DNA of 64,000 nt from Endomicrobiales bacterium. Lineage in GTDB: Bacteria > Elusimicrobiota > Endomicrobiia > Endomicrobiales > JALOBY01. Of this stretch, positions 41,739-52,946 are shown in pieces. The notes beneath the pieces are model-generated. The model worked only from the letters and a program-made list of their open reading frames with translations. It had not been told where the DNA came from and searched no databases. Every line of letters begins with the position of its first letter. Within the stretch, counting starts at the first letter, position 1. A program made the position numbers and the translations under genes. The stretch covers positions 40,651-104,650 of the forward strand of contig CAWCNJ010000011.1 of NCBI GenBank assembly GCA_963796955.1, written 5' to 3'.

Positions 41739-44700
41739 CTATTTTATTATAGCTATTTTTTTCTTCGCGTTGATGCCGGGGCCCTGCACATAGACCACAT
41801 AGCCGCCGGAGGCCGCGTCGGCGGGCACCCACTCGAACATACCCTCGCTGACATCATCCATACTGGTGCCCCACACCTGCCGGCCGCTCAAGGTAAAGAC
41901 CCTGCATTCGAAACTCCCGACGTCAGAGCCCTTGAAATAGATGCGCGCCGTGTCCCCCTTCGACGGGTTAAGGATTCCCTTGCTTTCCGGCGGGCCGACC
42001 ACCTTCATGTCGCCCTCCGCAACATTCGCCGAACGCTATCTCTCCTTCTTCCGGCGATCTCCAACGGCTGTAGCGGGTTTCGGCAGCCGCCTCGTTGGAA
42101 TAGCCGGATGCGGCAATAGAGTTGTACGCCTTAAGCCGGTACGTGTAGCGGGTGCCGGGATAGAGGCCGCTGTCGGTAAAGGCGATGGTATTCGGCTGCA
42201 GCACCGCCCGCTGGACATAGCCTGTCTGGGTATTTTGCATCCGCTCCAGCACAAATCCCGTTTCATCGGTCGCATTATCCTTCCAGGAAAGCTGAATGGA
42301 CGTTCTGGAAATAGCCGTCGCCGATAGATTTGTGGGGGCGCCCAGAACGTAGGGCAGGGTTGCCGCTATCGCGCTGTTCGAATAGCTGGAATCCGCAAGG
42401 CTGTTGTACGCCTTGACGCGGTAATAATACGTGGTCCCGTAGTTAAGGCCGGTGTCGGTAAAACTGATACTATTGGCGGCCGGGCCGGCTATCTGGGTAA
42501 AACTGTTTTGATCGAACCCGCGCTCTATCCTAAAGCCGTCTTCATTGGCGGCGTTATCAACCCAATTAAGCACGATAGATCCGGAAGTCTGGGCAACAGC
42601 CACCAGGTTCGTCGGGGCGTTAACCGGCGATATTCTGGTGGTCCCGACGGCAAAGTTCGAATAAGGGGAATCGGTAAGGCTGTTATAAGCCTTTACCCTG
42701 TAATAATACGTTGTCCCATAACTCAGGCTGCCGTCCATAAAAGTTGTCGCATTGGGACCGGTAAGGCCTATTTGCGTGAAATCGCTCAAGTTAACGCTGC
42801 GCTCTAGCTTAAAGCCGCTCTCATTATTTGAGTTATCCGTCCAGGACAATGCTATCGAACCGGTCGAAAGCACCGTAAGGGCAAGGCTTGATGGCGCGTT
42901 GATGGTGACCGGTTGTGTTACCGCGAAGGCCGAGTTAGAATACACCGAATCCCCTGCGGCGTTCGTCGCTCTGACCCGGTAATAGTAGGTGGCGCCGTTA
43001 CTGAGGGAACCGTCGCTGTACGTGAACGCGTTCGTGCCCACACTCGCGATCTGCGTAAAGCTTCCGGTATTCGGCCCCCGTTCTATTTTGTAGCCGGTTT
43101 CGTTAATCGCATTATCTATCCAGCTCAGACGTATGGAGCCGGTGGACAATGCAACGGCCACAAGGCCGGTAGGCGCGGCTGGCACCGTCGGCGGCGGAAG
43201 CGGCGCGGCGGCGATAGTGAAGTTGTAGGAGTCCTGCGGCATACTGTTAGCCGGGGTGGCGATATCCTGCGAATTGATACTTACGCTTACGGTGGAGCTA
43301 TAGGCGTACGGTGAGGTTGTGTACTTTATAAGATAATCCGAAGGCGAACCGGTAACAACGGTATTGCCATAGGCAGATGGATTAGCGCCGTTATAGACGG
43401 TAATCCCGTTCCACTTTCAGGATCGTATAGGCCAGGTTCACGCCCGACTGGGTATCGCTCAAGTGAAAGCTGATGCTGGTCGTGGAAGAGACATTTACCG
43501 CGCCCTTCGCCGGGCTGTAGCCGGAGGCCGAGGGAGGTGTCGTGTCTCCTGAAGTGGTGCCTCCAAGGTCGGTAGGCCAGTTCGCGGGCAGCGTGCACAG
43601 GTACACTTCGCTCCTGCCGCTTGAATTACGCCAGTTGCCGCCCCACCAGATCTTGGTGCCGGCATAATCCATCTGCGCGTTCGGCTGCTGGTAATAATAG
43701 ATCCCGCCGCTGATGTTGGCGGTATTCTGCGTATACGACACGCGCCATATCCTCGGCTTTACGCTGCCCGTCGACGGTGTGCCTGTCCAGGAGGCGTAAT
43801 GCCGCAGATAATATTCGTCTCATCCAGCTCATGCGCCCAGATCTGGTTATACGACCAGGCGCTGTTATCCTGCGCGTACGTGGAAACGAACTGCCAGCCG
43901 TGCTTGTCCGTGTATGAGAACAAACAGTTGCCGTTCCATCCCAGGCTGCCCTGATCGTAAATATCGAAACGTTCGCCGGTGTCGCATCTGGTGTATGCGA
44001 TGTTATCGCCGTCCAGGCAGGTGAAGACTTCGTGGCCTTGCGTCGTCCAACCGAAATTTCCGTGCGGGATAGCCTGCGCGCACCGGTGCCAGGTTGAGAA
44101 ATTCCTGGTATAAATATCGGAGGCGGCACGTTCCGAGCTGTCCAAAGCGTACCAGTTGATCAACACATAATTGCCGCTGGGCGAGATCATGGTCCCTTTT
44201 ATCGCCGCGACCGAACCGAGACTTTTCGATGAGACGACGGTATTGCTCACCATGTCGTAAACGAAGACGTAGTCCTGCACATCCTGCGAGCCGTTAGAAT
44301 GCTGGATATAGAAAGCCCAGTACCTGCCGTCCGTCGAAGAGCCGCCGTATTCGTGCGAAAGGATATAGTGCATGTTCGTGCCGTTCGAGTTGCTGTCGGT
44401 GGCGGGCGTCATGGTCGGAAAATCGGTATAGAAATCATGCTGCAATCCTTCTTCCTTGGTCACCACGTCAAAATATCTCATCTGCATGTGCTTGCGGTAG
44501 TACAGGCGCGTGTTGTGATTACCGGTACGGTCCCATCTCGGCTCAGGGTCCTGGCTGTTCCACCAGGACAAGGGGGAACTATTTTTCCCTGCATGGAGAT
44601 CGGCGATAAATACGCCGTTAATGTCGTAGAGCTGGTAACCGTAAGCGGCGATACCGGGCACGCTGTTAATACCGTAGAGCATGATGCGCGTTCCATCATT

Positions 44701-44964
44701 TGACACCGGGTTGTACGTGTTGTAGCCGCAGCCCACGCCGCCGTTTGACGGTATGGAAGGATTATCCACCGCGATGTTGGTGAACCTGGTTATGGTGGTG
44801 TTGTAGGTACTGTCTATGAAAGAAGCGCCTTTGGCCGGTTGGGATTGCGAGGAATACGTATAGAGGGTATCGCCCAGTGTGTATGAGAATGAAAATGCCA
44901 TGCCCGGCAGTAACATCAGCCAGGCGGCCGCCAGGGCCGCCTTTCGTAAAAAATATATATTCAT
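41739..44964 (-). CDS. ~1075-aa secreted protein: propeller-like domain + Ig-like domain + 4 FN3 + T9SS-like CTD (three apparent frameshifts)
   Basis: ORFs 43759-44964, 43391-43741, 41968-43242 and 41739-42008 join with shifts near 43810, 43411 and 42035. FN3 repeats have APT.L..LSW.DN..NE.G..IER..YYYRV.A.N. Confidence 0.75.
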
Positions 44965-46815
44965 AACTACTCCTTTTTCCCGATATCAATGCCGGAATGC
45001 ACCTATTATATCCTGAGCTATTTTCAGCCGCAATGCTCCCTGTACACGGAAAACTATCCTGTATATGCCTGAAGCTTATTTTAGTATCGCCAGCTTCTTT
45101 TTCGCCTTCAAACCTGGGCCGTTCACATACACCACATACCCGCCTGAGGGCATATTTTTGGCCGTCCATTCGAACATGCCTTCGCTGACATTATTCATGA
45201 CGTCGGTCCAGACTTCCACGCCTGACAGGGTAACGATCGTGCATTCAAATTTGCCCGTGCCCGAACCTTTGAAATATATCCTGGCCGTATCGCCTCGGGA
45301 AGGGTCTATTATTCCCCTGTTGCCCTTTGGCCCTACCACTATCGCCTGGCCTTCGCGTACGAAGGAATCGGAAGGAGTGGTATTATCATTCGCGTTGATG
45401 CCCGTACCCGTACCGGTATCGGTGGCCGTGCCGGTGCCGGAACCCGTACCACCCACGGTACTGGTACCCGTACTTACCTGCACAACACCGCCAAGGTCGG
45501 TGTACCAGTTTACCGGCAGGGTGCACATATACACTTCGCTCCTGCCGCCTGAATTGCGCCAGTTGCCGCCCCACCAGATCCTGGTGCCTGCATAATCCAT
45601 CTGCGCGTTCGGCTGCTGATAATAATAGATCCCGCCGCTCACATTCGCGGCGTTCTGTGTGTACGTTACGCGCCATATCCGCGGCTTTGTGCTGCCGGTC
45701 GAGGGACTTCCCGTCCATGAAAGGTAATGCCTTAAATATTTCGTCTCGTCCAGCTCATGCGCCCAGATCTGGTTATACGACCAGGCGCTGTTATCCTGCG
45801 CGTACGTGGAGACGAACTGCCAGCCGTGCTTGTCCGTATACGAGAACAAACAGTTGCCGTTCCACCCCAGGCTTCCCTGATCGTAAATATCAAAGCGTTC
45901 GCCCGTATCGCAGCGGGTAAATGCGATGTTATCGCCGTCCAGGCAGGTGAAGACCTCGTGGCCCTGCGTCGTCCAGCCGAAATTCCCATGCGGGATAGCC
46001 TGCGCGCACCGGTGCCATACCGAAAAATCGCGCGTGTATATGTCGGAGGCCGCCCGTTCCGAGCTGTCCAGAACGTACCAGTTGATCAACACATAATTGC
46101 CGCTGGGCGAGATCATGGTCCCTTTTATCGCCACGAGCGAGCCAAGGCTTTTAGTTGAGACCACGGTATTATTGACCATGTCGTAGACGAAGACGTAGTC
46201 CTGCACATCCTGCGAGCCGTTAGAATGCTGGATATAGAAGGCCCAGTACCTGCCGTCCGTTGAAGAGCCGCCGTATTCATGCGAAAGGATATAGTGCATG
46301 TTCGTACCGTTCTGGTTGCCGTCAGTCGCCGGCGTCAGGGACGGAAAATCATTGGTAAAATCGTGCTGGAGCCCTTCTTCGTGCGTTATGACGTCAAAAT
46401 ATCTCATCTGCATATGTTTGCGGTAATACATACGCGTATTGTGATTGCCAGTGCGGTCCCATCTCGGTTCCGGGTCCTGGCTGTTCCACCAGGCGAACGG
46501 AGAACTATTCTTCCCACCGGCGAGGTCGGCGATGAAATTGCCGTTGATATCGTAGAGCTGATAGCCGTAAGAAGTGATCCCCGGGACGCTGCTGATGCCG
46601 TAGAGCATGATGTGCGTTCCGTCATTTGAGACGGGGTTGTACGTATTGTAGCCGCAGCCTACGCCGCCGTTCGACGGTATCGACGGGTTGTCCGCCGCGA
46701 TGTTGGTGAACCTGGTTATCGTAGTGTTATACGTGCTGTCGACATACGAACCGCCTTTGGCCGGCTGGCTCTGAGAAGAATAGGGATACAGCGTATCGCC
46801 CAGTATATATTGGAA
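43559..46815 (-). repeat. Direct duplication of ~1.3 kb domain (43559-44889 and 45487-46815)
   Basis: Long identical peptide and DNA blocks, e.g. HYILSHEYGGSSTDGRYWAFYIQHSNGSQDVQDYVFVYDMV. Confidence 0.9.
45005..45033 (-). promoter_or_regulatory. Internal sigma70 promoter for FN3 cargo gene
   Basis: TTGCGG (45033-45028), 17 nt, TATAAT (45010-45005). Confidence 0.55.
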
Positions 46816-46890
46816 CGCATATACGCCTGGATCTATAAAAACGAGAAATGCCGAGACCGCGAAGAACCAGCGTGTACTATTTTTTAGCAT
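45076..46890 (-). CDS. Secreted propeller-like protein with Gly/Thr linker and T9SS-like CTD
   Basis: Signal peptide; SxDG/SPSG blade-like motifs; TGTGTG linker; ends SGGYVVYVNGPGLKAKKKLAILK. Confidence 0.8.
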   Translation of the reverse strand: MLKNSTRWFFAVSAFLVFIDPGVYAFQYILGDTLYPYSSQSQPAKGGSYVDSTYNTTITRFTNIAADNPSIPSNGGVGCGYNTYNPVSNDGTHIMLYGISSVPGITSYGYQLYDINGNFIADLAGGKNSSPFAWWNSQDPEPRWDRTGNHNTRMYYRKHMQMRYFDVITHEEGLQHDFTNDFPSLTPATDGNQNGTNMHYILSHEYGGSSTDGRYWAFYIQHSNGSQDVQDYVFVYDMVNNTVVSTKSLGSLVAIKGTMISPSGNYVLINWYVLDSSERAASDIYTRDFSVWHRCAQAIPHGNFGWTTQGHEVFTCLDGDNIAFTRCDTGERFDIYDQGSLGWNGNCLFSYTDKHGWQFVSTYAQDNSAWSYNQIWAHELDETKYLRHYLSWTGSPSTGSTKPRIWRVTYTQNAANVSGGIYYYQQPNAQMDYAGTRIWWGGNWRNSGGRSEVYMCTLPVNWYTDLGGVVQVSTGTSTVGGTGSGTGTATDTGTGTGINANDNTTPSDSFVREGQAIVVGPKGNRGIIDPSRGDTARIYFKGSGTGKFECTIVTLSGVEVWTDVMNNVSEGMFEWTAKNMPSGGYVVYVNGPGLKAKKKLAILK

Positions 46891-47860
46891 AGATCACCTC
46901 TGAAATGTTATTTTTAAGATGCCGTCTCAATTTTTCAGAGAAGTCGACGGAAAAGATCGCGGCTCCCCTGCTGTTAAGATGCTGTGAATTATAGAAATAA
47001 TCCGTGCTTTTCGTCAGTCGCGAGCCCGAATAATCGTAGAACGGTATTTTATATCTGCCGGCGATCCCCGTGACGACGTTCATGATATCCTTTTTGTTCC
47101 GGGTAAGTTCGGAAACCCGGTAATATTCCGGCGCGAAAACCAGCACGATCTCTATGCCGCGCGCGCGCGACAACTGCACGATATTCTCAAGCTTTTGTAC
47201 CGCCTCCGGTTTTATCTTATACGTTATGCCGCCGGGATTGTTCTTAACGAAATTATCGAAGTCCGAGTTCCACGACCGGTATTGCGGGTGATACCCCCGG
47301 TAGCGGACCTCTTCGGGATCATTATAATTTTTCAGAACCCCGCGGAAGGCCGGCCCCATCAGGCTCACACCGTACTGCGCGAAGCTGTACAGCGGCAAAT
47401 ACCGGTTGCGCCAGATGGAACTGTCGCTCTCATAGATGGTCCGGTATATCTCTTCTTCCTTCAGATGCGGCGTATACATCATGGTCTCGAACCGGTACGC
47501 ATTGTCGCTGAAGGAATCTATATCTATCACCTGCACCAGCACCAACGGCTTTTTGTTATGCTTCAAATAGGTCTTCAACAGCGCGTACTGCATGGCAAGG
47601 CCCGTCCCGTTCAAGCCCAGGTTATAGCAGCTTAAGCACGTGTGGGAGCTGACCAGCGCGCAGTCAAAATGCACCATGGCCCGGGAAGAGCCTGAGACGA
47701 TGATGTCGCTGTTTATCCTGCCGTTCATAACATCGTTCAACATGCCCCAATAACCGTTGTTGATAGAGCGCAGCCCGCCCAGCAGCAGGCTGCTGATCAG
47801 GAGCATCAACAGCAAGAGGGATGAGATGAACAACATGATCCTGCCGAGTTCTTTTTTCAT
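46877..47860 (-). CDS. SGNH-like periplasmic O-acyltransferase partner (AlgJ/DltD-like)
   Basis: N-terminal TM, GSSRA, YNLG..G, FYNSQHLN..GA; follows the MBOAT gene. Confidence 0.7.
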   Translation of the reverse strand: MKKELGRIMLFISSLLLLMLLISSLLLGGLRSINNGYWGMLNDVMNGRINSDIIVSGSSRAMVHFDCALVSSHTCLSCYNLGLNGTGLAMQYALLKTYLKHNKKPLVLVQVIDIDSFSDNAYRFETMMYTPHLKEEEIYRTIYESDSSIWRNRYLPLYSFAQYGVSLMGPAFRGVLKNYNDPEEVRYRGYHPQYRSWNSDFDNFVKNNPGGITYKIKPEAVQKLENIVQLSRARGIEIVLVFAPEYYRVSELTRNKKDIMNVVTGIAGRYKIPFYDYSGSRLTKSTDYFYNSQHLNSRGAAIFSVDFSEKLRRHLKNNISEVIYAKK

Positions 47861-47862
47861 AA

Positions 47863-49320
47863 TTAAAATTGGAAATATATGAACGACGACACGTTCCGGT
47901 AATAACCGAACAGTATGTTGACCATGATCAAGGCGTACCAGACGGGCCACCGCACCCACACCGGATGCGCGTTCAACCGGCTTCTGACACTGCCTTCACG
48001 CTGCAGGGTATGCACGAATATAAGCACGCAAATAGCGGCGCTCGCTATTGCCAGGTCATATTTATGCAGCCCGAGGCTGAATATCAGGCTGCTGAAAGAT
48101 ATCCCCCCCGCAATGCCGGTGAACATATGGGTTACCACGTACAGGGCGTCATGCATATTCTTAGCGCGGAAAAAGACCCATGCGAACGTTATCAGCGAGA
48201 ATGTCACGGCGACTTTTACGTACCTATGCAGCAGAGGGAAACGGTCCAGACCCGTGATCTTTACCGCCTGAGCGCGAATACCTTCGGTCCACTGGGAAGA
48301 AATAAGATACAGACCGTTCAACCCGCCCCAGACCACGTAGGTCCAGCTGGCGCCGTGCCAGAGCCCGCTGATCAGAAATGTCAGGAATAAATTGAATTGC
48401 CAACGCCACTTTGCCACCCGGTTACCGCCGAGCGAGATATACAGATAATCCCGGAACCAGGTTGAAAGCGAGATATGCCACCGCTTCCAGAATTCCGCAA
48501 TGGATTTTGAGAAGTACGGCCGGTTGAAATTCTTCATAAGCGTAAAGCCCATGACCTGCGCCGCCCCGATGGCGATGTCCGAATAGCCGGAGAAATCACA
48601 ATAGATCTGAAAGGCGAAGAAAACCGTCGCCATGATCAGCGGCAGGCCCGTGAAATCCGACGGGTTCCCGTACACGTGGTTCACCACGACGGCAAGGCGG
48701 TCCGCTATCACGACTTTTTTGAAGAAACCCCAGAGCATCAGCTGTAAGCCCGAAACGACCCTTTTATAATCCCAGGAATGTTTTTCGTAGAACTGATGTA
48801 TCAGGTTCTGTGGCCGCTCTATGGGTCCGGCGACCAGCTGGGGATAAAACATGACATAGAGCGCGTAAATGCCGAAATGCCGTTCAGCCTTCTGGTGACC
48901 GCGGTACACCTCTATCGTATAACTCATCGCCTGAAAAGTGTGGAAGGAAAGCCCGATGGGCAGTATGATCCTGAGGTCGCTTATCGGGTAGTTCCAGTCC
49001 ACCAGGCGGGCCAGGAAGGCGAAATTGCCGTTAAGAAAATTGAAGTATTTAAAGAAAGCCAGGAACCCCACGTTGGCGATAATACTGCAGACAAGGAACA
49101 ACAGGCGGCTGCGGCCCGCATTGTTTTCTATGTAGATCCCGGCAAAATAATCGACGATGATCGTCGCCGCAAGTATCAATATATAGACCGGGATGAAGGC
49201 CATGTAGAACGCGCAGCTGGCGCTCAGCAACATGAGCCACCGCACTTTATGGGGCAGCACGAACCATAACACGGTCACGACGGGAAAGAACACCAGGAAT
49301 TGCCATGAATTAAAAAGCAT
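47863..49320 (-). CDS. MBOAT O-acyltransferase (AlgI/DltB family)
   Basis: MLFNS, LPIGLSFHTFQ, QIYCDFSGYSDIA, FWKRWHISLS, GLWHGA, FIYFQF. Confidence 0.95.
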   Translation of the reverse strand: MLFNSWQFLVFFPVVTVLWFVLPHKVRWLMLLSASCAFYMAFIPVYILILAATIIVDYFAGIYIENNAGRSRLLFLVCSIIANVGFLAFFKYFNFLNGNFAFLARLVDWNYPISDLRIILPIGLSFHTFQAMSYTIEVYRGHQKAERHFGIYALYVMFYPQLVAGPIERPQNLIHQFYEKHSWDYKRVVSGLQLMLWGFFKKVVIADRLAVVVNHVYGNPSDFTGLPLIMATVFFAFQIYCDFSGYSDIAIGAAQVMGFTLMKNFNRPYFSKSIAEFWKRWHISLSTWFRDYLYISLGGNRVAKWRWQFNLFLTFLISGLWHGASWTYVVWGGLNGLYLISSQWTEGIRAQAVKITGLDRFPLLHRYVKVAVTFSLITFAWVFFRAKNMHDALYVVTHMFTGIAGGISFSSLIFSLGLHKYDLAIASAAICVLIFVHTLQREGSVRSRLNAHPVWVRWPVWYALIMVNILFGYYRNVSSFIYFQF

Positions 49321-49353
49321 ATCCCACCCCCCAAACGCACAACGTGAGAATTA

Positions 49354-50481
49354 TCACTGCTGCGACCAGGTAACTTTCTGGGTACCGGCAAAATACGCGT
49401 ACGTTCCGGCGATCGCGTCAATATTGAGCATGCAAAAGGCATAGGGCAGGGCCAGCAGGCCGACCCGCAATCTTGCGGCAAAGGGACCAAGGGCGGCCGC
49501 GATATAGAAAGCGGACTGGAGCAGGAATACCGCCATGAACAAAGGACTTTTCAATAAAAAAAGGTTCGAAACGAAAGCTAAAATTATGAAATACGGCAAT
49601 AGCACCCTGAGTACCTTATGCGAGAAAAGCTGCACGGCGACGGGACTGCGAAAGGGGTTCAGCATACCGGCGAGACTGAGGAATATCTGCCAGTTGCCGG
49701 CAAGCGTCCTGCGCTTGCGGCGCGATTCATCGTGCCGGTCCGCCGAGGCCTCATCATACGCGATGGCACGCGGTTCCACGACGGCGCGGTAACCCTGTTC
49801 GATGATCTTTAAAGGCACATAGACATCATCCAGGATAATGTTTTCTTCTATAGGAACGAATAATTTCCTTCGGATTGCGTAAATAGCCCCCGTGGCGCCG
49901 GTCACCGAATAGACACGGCTCTCAAGCCGCCTTAAAAAAGTCTCATAGTCCCAGTAGGCGCGCAGCCCTTTGGAGAACAAGGTCTTTTTGTGGCTTTCCA
50001 ATACCAGTTCGCCGGTAACGCAGCCGATGCCTTCATCGGCAAAATTCGCGGCTAGTTCCAACAGCGCTTTTTTGTGGAAACGCTGGCGCGCATCGGCGAA
50101 CACTATCAGTTCCCCTTTCGCTTTTGAGACCAGCAGGTTGAGCATGCTCGCCTTGCCGTTGTTCGGGGTCACGTAAAAGGCCTTGATACCGCGTTCGTTA
50201 TACCGGTCCAGTATATCCCGTGTGGCGTCCGTAGAACCGTCCGACCCAACGAGCACTTCGAGTTTCCCGGCAGGATAATCCAACGCAAGGCAATTGCGTA
50301 TCTTTGCTTCTATAGAGCGCGCTTCGTTATGGGCCGAGATCACCATGCTGAGCGAAGGGTATATATTTTTTTTCCTTACCGGCCTTTTGTACACCTTACC
50401 CGTAAGCCACAGCAGTATGGGATAGCCAAAATAGACATACCATATACAGACAACCGACAGCAGGAATAGCGTCATTATCAT
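49354..50481 (-). CDS. Membrane GT2 glycosyltransferase (paralog of 8004)
   Basis: SAHNE, DGSTD, FADAR, GATGAIYA, SHKVLR. Confidence 0.9.
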   Translation of the reverse strand: MIMTLFLLSVVCIWYVYFGYPILLWLTGKVYKRPVRKKNIYPSLSMVISAHNEARSIEAKIRNCLALDYPAGKLEVLVGSDGSTDATRDILDRYNERGIKAFYVTPNNGKASMLNLLVSKAKGELIVFADARQRFHKKALLELAANFADEGIGCVTGELVLESHKKTLFSKGLRAYWDYETFLRRLESRVYSVTGATGAIYAIRRKLFVPIEENIILDDVYVPLKIIEQGYRAVVEPRAIAYDEASADRHDESRRKRRTLAGNWQIFLSLAGMLNPFRSPVAVQLFSHKVLRVLLPYFIILAFVSNLFLLKSPLFMAVFLLQSAFYIAAALGPFAARLRVGLLALPYAFCMLNIDAIAGTYAYFAGTQKVTWSQQ

Positions 50482-50497
50482 TTTTCCCCCGGAAATA

Positions 50498-51601
50498 TCA
50501 GTACGAATACATCCTGGCATACCGGCCGAACATAACGTTCGCCGAATAACTCTTGACGACCTTATAATACGCGTCTTTTGCGATAGTTCTGGACAGCTCC
50601 GAATCGCGCAGGAGCATACATATTTTTTTCGTCAGCGCCGCTGCGTCGCCGGGCTCTACCAGCAGGCCGGCGGAGGGGTCCTGTAATATGGAAGGCACCG
50701 AGCCCACCCGTGTGGCGATCACGGGGGTGCGGGCCGCCATTGCTTCGAGCAGGGCCATGGGCATTCCCTCCGTCAAAGAAGGGAGCACAAAAACGTCCAT
50801 CATCGACAAAAGCGCGTGCACATCCGTTCTGGAACCGGTAAAGATAAAATTCGCGGAGCGGCCCGCGTTCTTTATCTCGGCCACATATTGTTCTTTCAGG
50901 GGGCCGTCGCCTACGAACAGGAAAATGGTCGAAGGGTACTCTTTTAATACTTCCATCGCGGCCAGGATCAGGTACCGGTGACCCTTTTCACCCGAAAGCC
51001 TGCCGACCGTGCCGACTATCCTGGCCGCAGGGGCGATCCCAAGACTTTCCCTGAGCGCCGCCGTATCGGACCGGCGCCTTTCAATGCCGACGCCGTTGCC
51101 GATAAAGCTTACTTTGTCAGAACGTATGCCCAGGCGGGAAAGCTCCTCTAACAGCTGTGCGGAAACGACGGCGATGCGGTCGAAGAATTTCAGCGTCAGC
51201 GTGTCAATGAGCTTGTACAACCTGCTTTTTGCGTCGGTCAATATCCAGTTGTGCACGGTAGTCACCCGTTTGACCTTCAGGAACAGCGTCGCGGCAAGGG
51301 CGAAGAGATTAGATTTATAGCCGTGGGAATGGACGATGCCGATGCCGTTATCCCGGACGAATTTCCTGATCTTGCGCACGGTGGAAAGATCGAACCTGCC
51401 CGCGCAGTCAAACACTACGCATGTGACACCGGAGCCCGCAAGAGCGCCGCAGATCTCCGTATGAGGATTTGAGCTGTTGCGGATAATACCCGCGTAGGTG
51501 TGCGATATACCCGGCGCTGCTGATGCCGCCTTAGACAGCTCCACCAGAACTTTTTCCGCCCCATAATACCCCGAACTGCTGATCAAATTTAGTATTTTCA
51601 T
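50498..51601 (-). CDS. GT4 glycosyltransferase
   Basis: YGAEK, HSHGYK, EGMPMALLEAM. Confidence 0.9.
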   Translation of the reverse strand: MKILNLISSSGYYGAEKVLVELSKAASAAPGISHTYAGIIRNSSNPHTEICGALAGSGVTCVVFDCAGRFDLSTVRKIRKFVRDNGIGIVHSHGYKSNLFALAATLFLKVKRVTTVHNWILTDAKSRLYKLIDTLTLKFFDRIAVVSAQLLEELSRLGIRSDKVSFIGNGVGIERRRSDTAALRESLGIAPAARIVGTVGRLSGEKGHRYLILAAMEVLKEYPSTIFLFVGDGPLKEQYVAEIKNAGRSANFIFTGSRTDVHALLSMMDVFVLPSLTEGMPMALLEAMAARTPVIATRVGSVPSILQDPSAGLLVEPGDAAALTKKICMLLRDSELSRTIAKDAYYKVVKSYSANVMFGRYARMYSY

Positions 51602-51611
51602 GGCAAACCTC

Positions 51612-52946
51612 TTATTTTTTATCATCTATCGTTACATACGCAGGCCGGGCTCCGTGGGGGAACTGCTCTACTGTCTCAGTTTCCCTTTCCCCTATCTGGG
51701 ACCGGTTTATCATATAGGACCGCGTCATGATACCCATGAAGGCCCAGAAATACGAACCCATGCACAGATAGCTCCACCGGTCGCCGAAAAAGTTCGTTAT
51801 CATAAGCGAGAACACGCTCAGCGCGAAACCAAACCCGATGCCTTTGAAAAATTCGTCGTCGGCTTCCCGGTACAGCTTCCACGCCAGGCGCATCGCCGAA
51901 ATGAGCAGGTACAGGAAGGCCGACAACCCCATCAGGCCCTGCTCCGCGAGCATTTTCAGGAAATAGTTATGGGTATCTATGAAACCGGCGTAGGCGAATG
52001 TGTTGAACCCCTTGCCGATCAGCGGTGATTCATGGAACATATCCAGCGCCCGCTGCCACAGCATCACCCTGTCGGCGGCGGACTCTTCCAGCTTACCGCG
52101 GTCGTCCCTGGTCATGGTCACGCGTTCTACGACCGAAACAGGCACCAGCGCCTTCCAGAACAGCAGAAAAAGGAAGGCCACAACCAATATTTTTCTTTCC
52201 TTAAGGATCCCGGCGATAATAAGCCCGCCCATGAGCGCCATATACGCCCCGCGGGAATAACTGTACATAATGCAGTAGACCAGCACACCCAGTAATGCCG
52301 TCAAAACAAGCTTCTGCCAGGCAGGTTTAACAAAGAGCGACAGGCCGAACAATACGAAAAAGACGTGGACGAAAAACGCGCCGTAATGGTTGGGACCCAG
52401 ATACAGGAACAGACCCTGGAAGGCATCCCTTACCCGGTAAGAAAAATGAGCCAGGTTCATCCACTTCAGGCTGCCGACATAATAATACGTTACACCGGCA
52501 ACACCGGCCGTCAAAAGGAACGTGAACAGCTTAAGCCACCATTTATCCCTTAATGCCTGCACGACCAGCAGCCAGATGAGCGGCAGCAGCATATAATCTT
52601 TCCAGTCCACTAAATACGCCAGTGAGAATCCCTTAAAACTGAGACCGTTCACGAAGGCGATGCAGGAGGTAAGTATCAGGACCGTCATAGGGGTCGTCAG
52701 CGGTTGTTCTTCGCCCGTATTTTCCCTGCCGAAGAGCCAGCCGAGGCATGTCATTACCAGGCAGACATTAATAATGTTCCTTCCGAACGGGAAGGGTTGC
52801 AGCTTTTCAAGAATGCTCATGAAAGGCAACACCGGTATTAGTATGATCACGCCGACGGCAGGCCGGTATATAAGCGCGTACAGCGCGCTGAGCAGTAAGC
52901 CGATATACAATACGAGCGGTACATATTCATGCAATCCCAGCCCCAT
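51612..52946 (-). CDS. O-antigen ligase/Wzy family protein
   Basis: GPNH, SYSRGAY, PLIGKG, THN.F...AEQG. Start placed at the TAATG overlap. Confidence 0.88.
   Translation of the reverse strand: MGLGLHEYVPLVLYIGLLLSALYALIYRPAVGVIILIPVLPFMSILEKLQPFPFGRNIINVCLVMTCLGWLFGRENTGEEQPLTTPMTVLILTSCIAFVNGLSFKGFSLAYLVDWKDYMLLPLIWLLVVQALRDKWWLKLFTFLLTAGVAGVTYYYVGSLKWMNLAHFSYRVRDAFQGLFLYLGPNHYGAFFVHVFFVLFGLSLFVKPAWQKLVLTALLGVLVYCIMYSYSRGAYMALMGGLIIAGILKERKILVVAFLFLLFWKALVPVSVVERVTMTRDDRGKLEESAADRVMLWQRALDMFHESPLIGKGFNTFAYAGFIDTHNYFLKMLAEQGLMGLSAFLYLLISAMRLAWKLYREADDEFFKGIGFGFALSVFSLMITNFFGDRWSYLCMGSYFWAFMGIMTRSYMINRSQIGERETETVEQFPHGARPAYVTIDDKK

Noticed and set aside
43559..46815. Near-identical pair as a diversity-generating retroelement TR/VR
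   Set aside because: No reverse transcriptase is present, both copies are coding, and the differences are mostly synonymous rather than adenine-specific.
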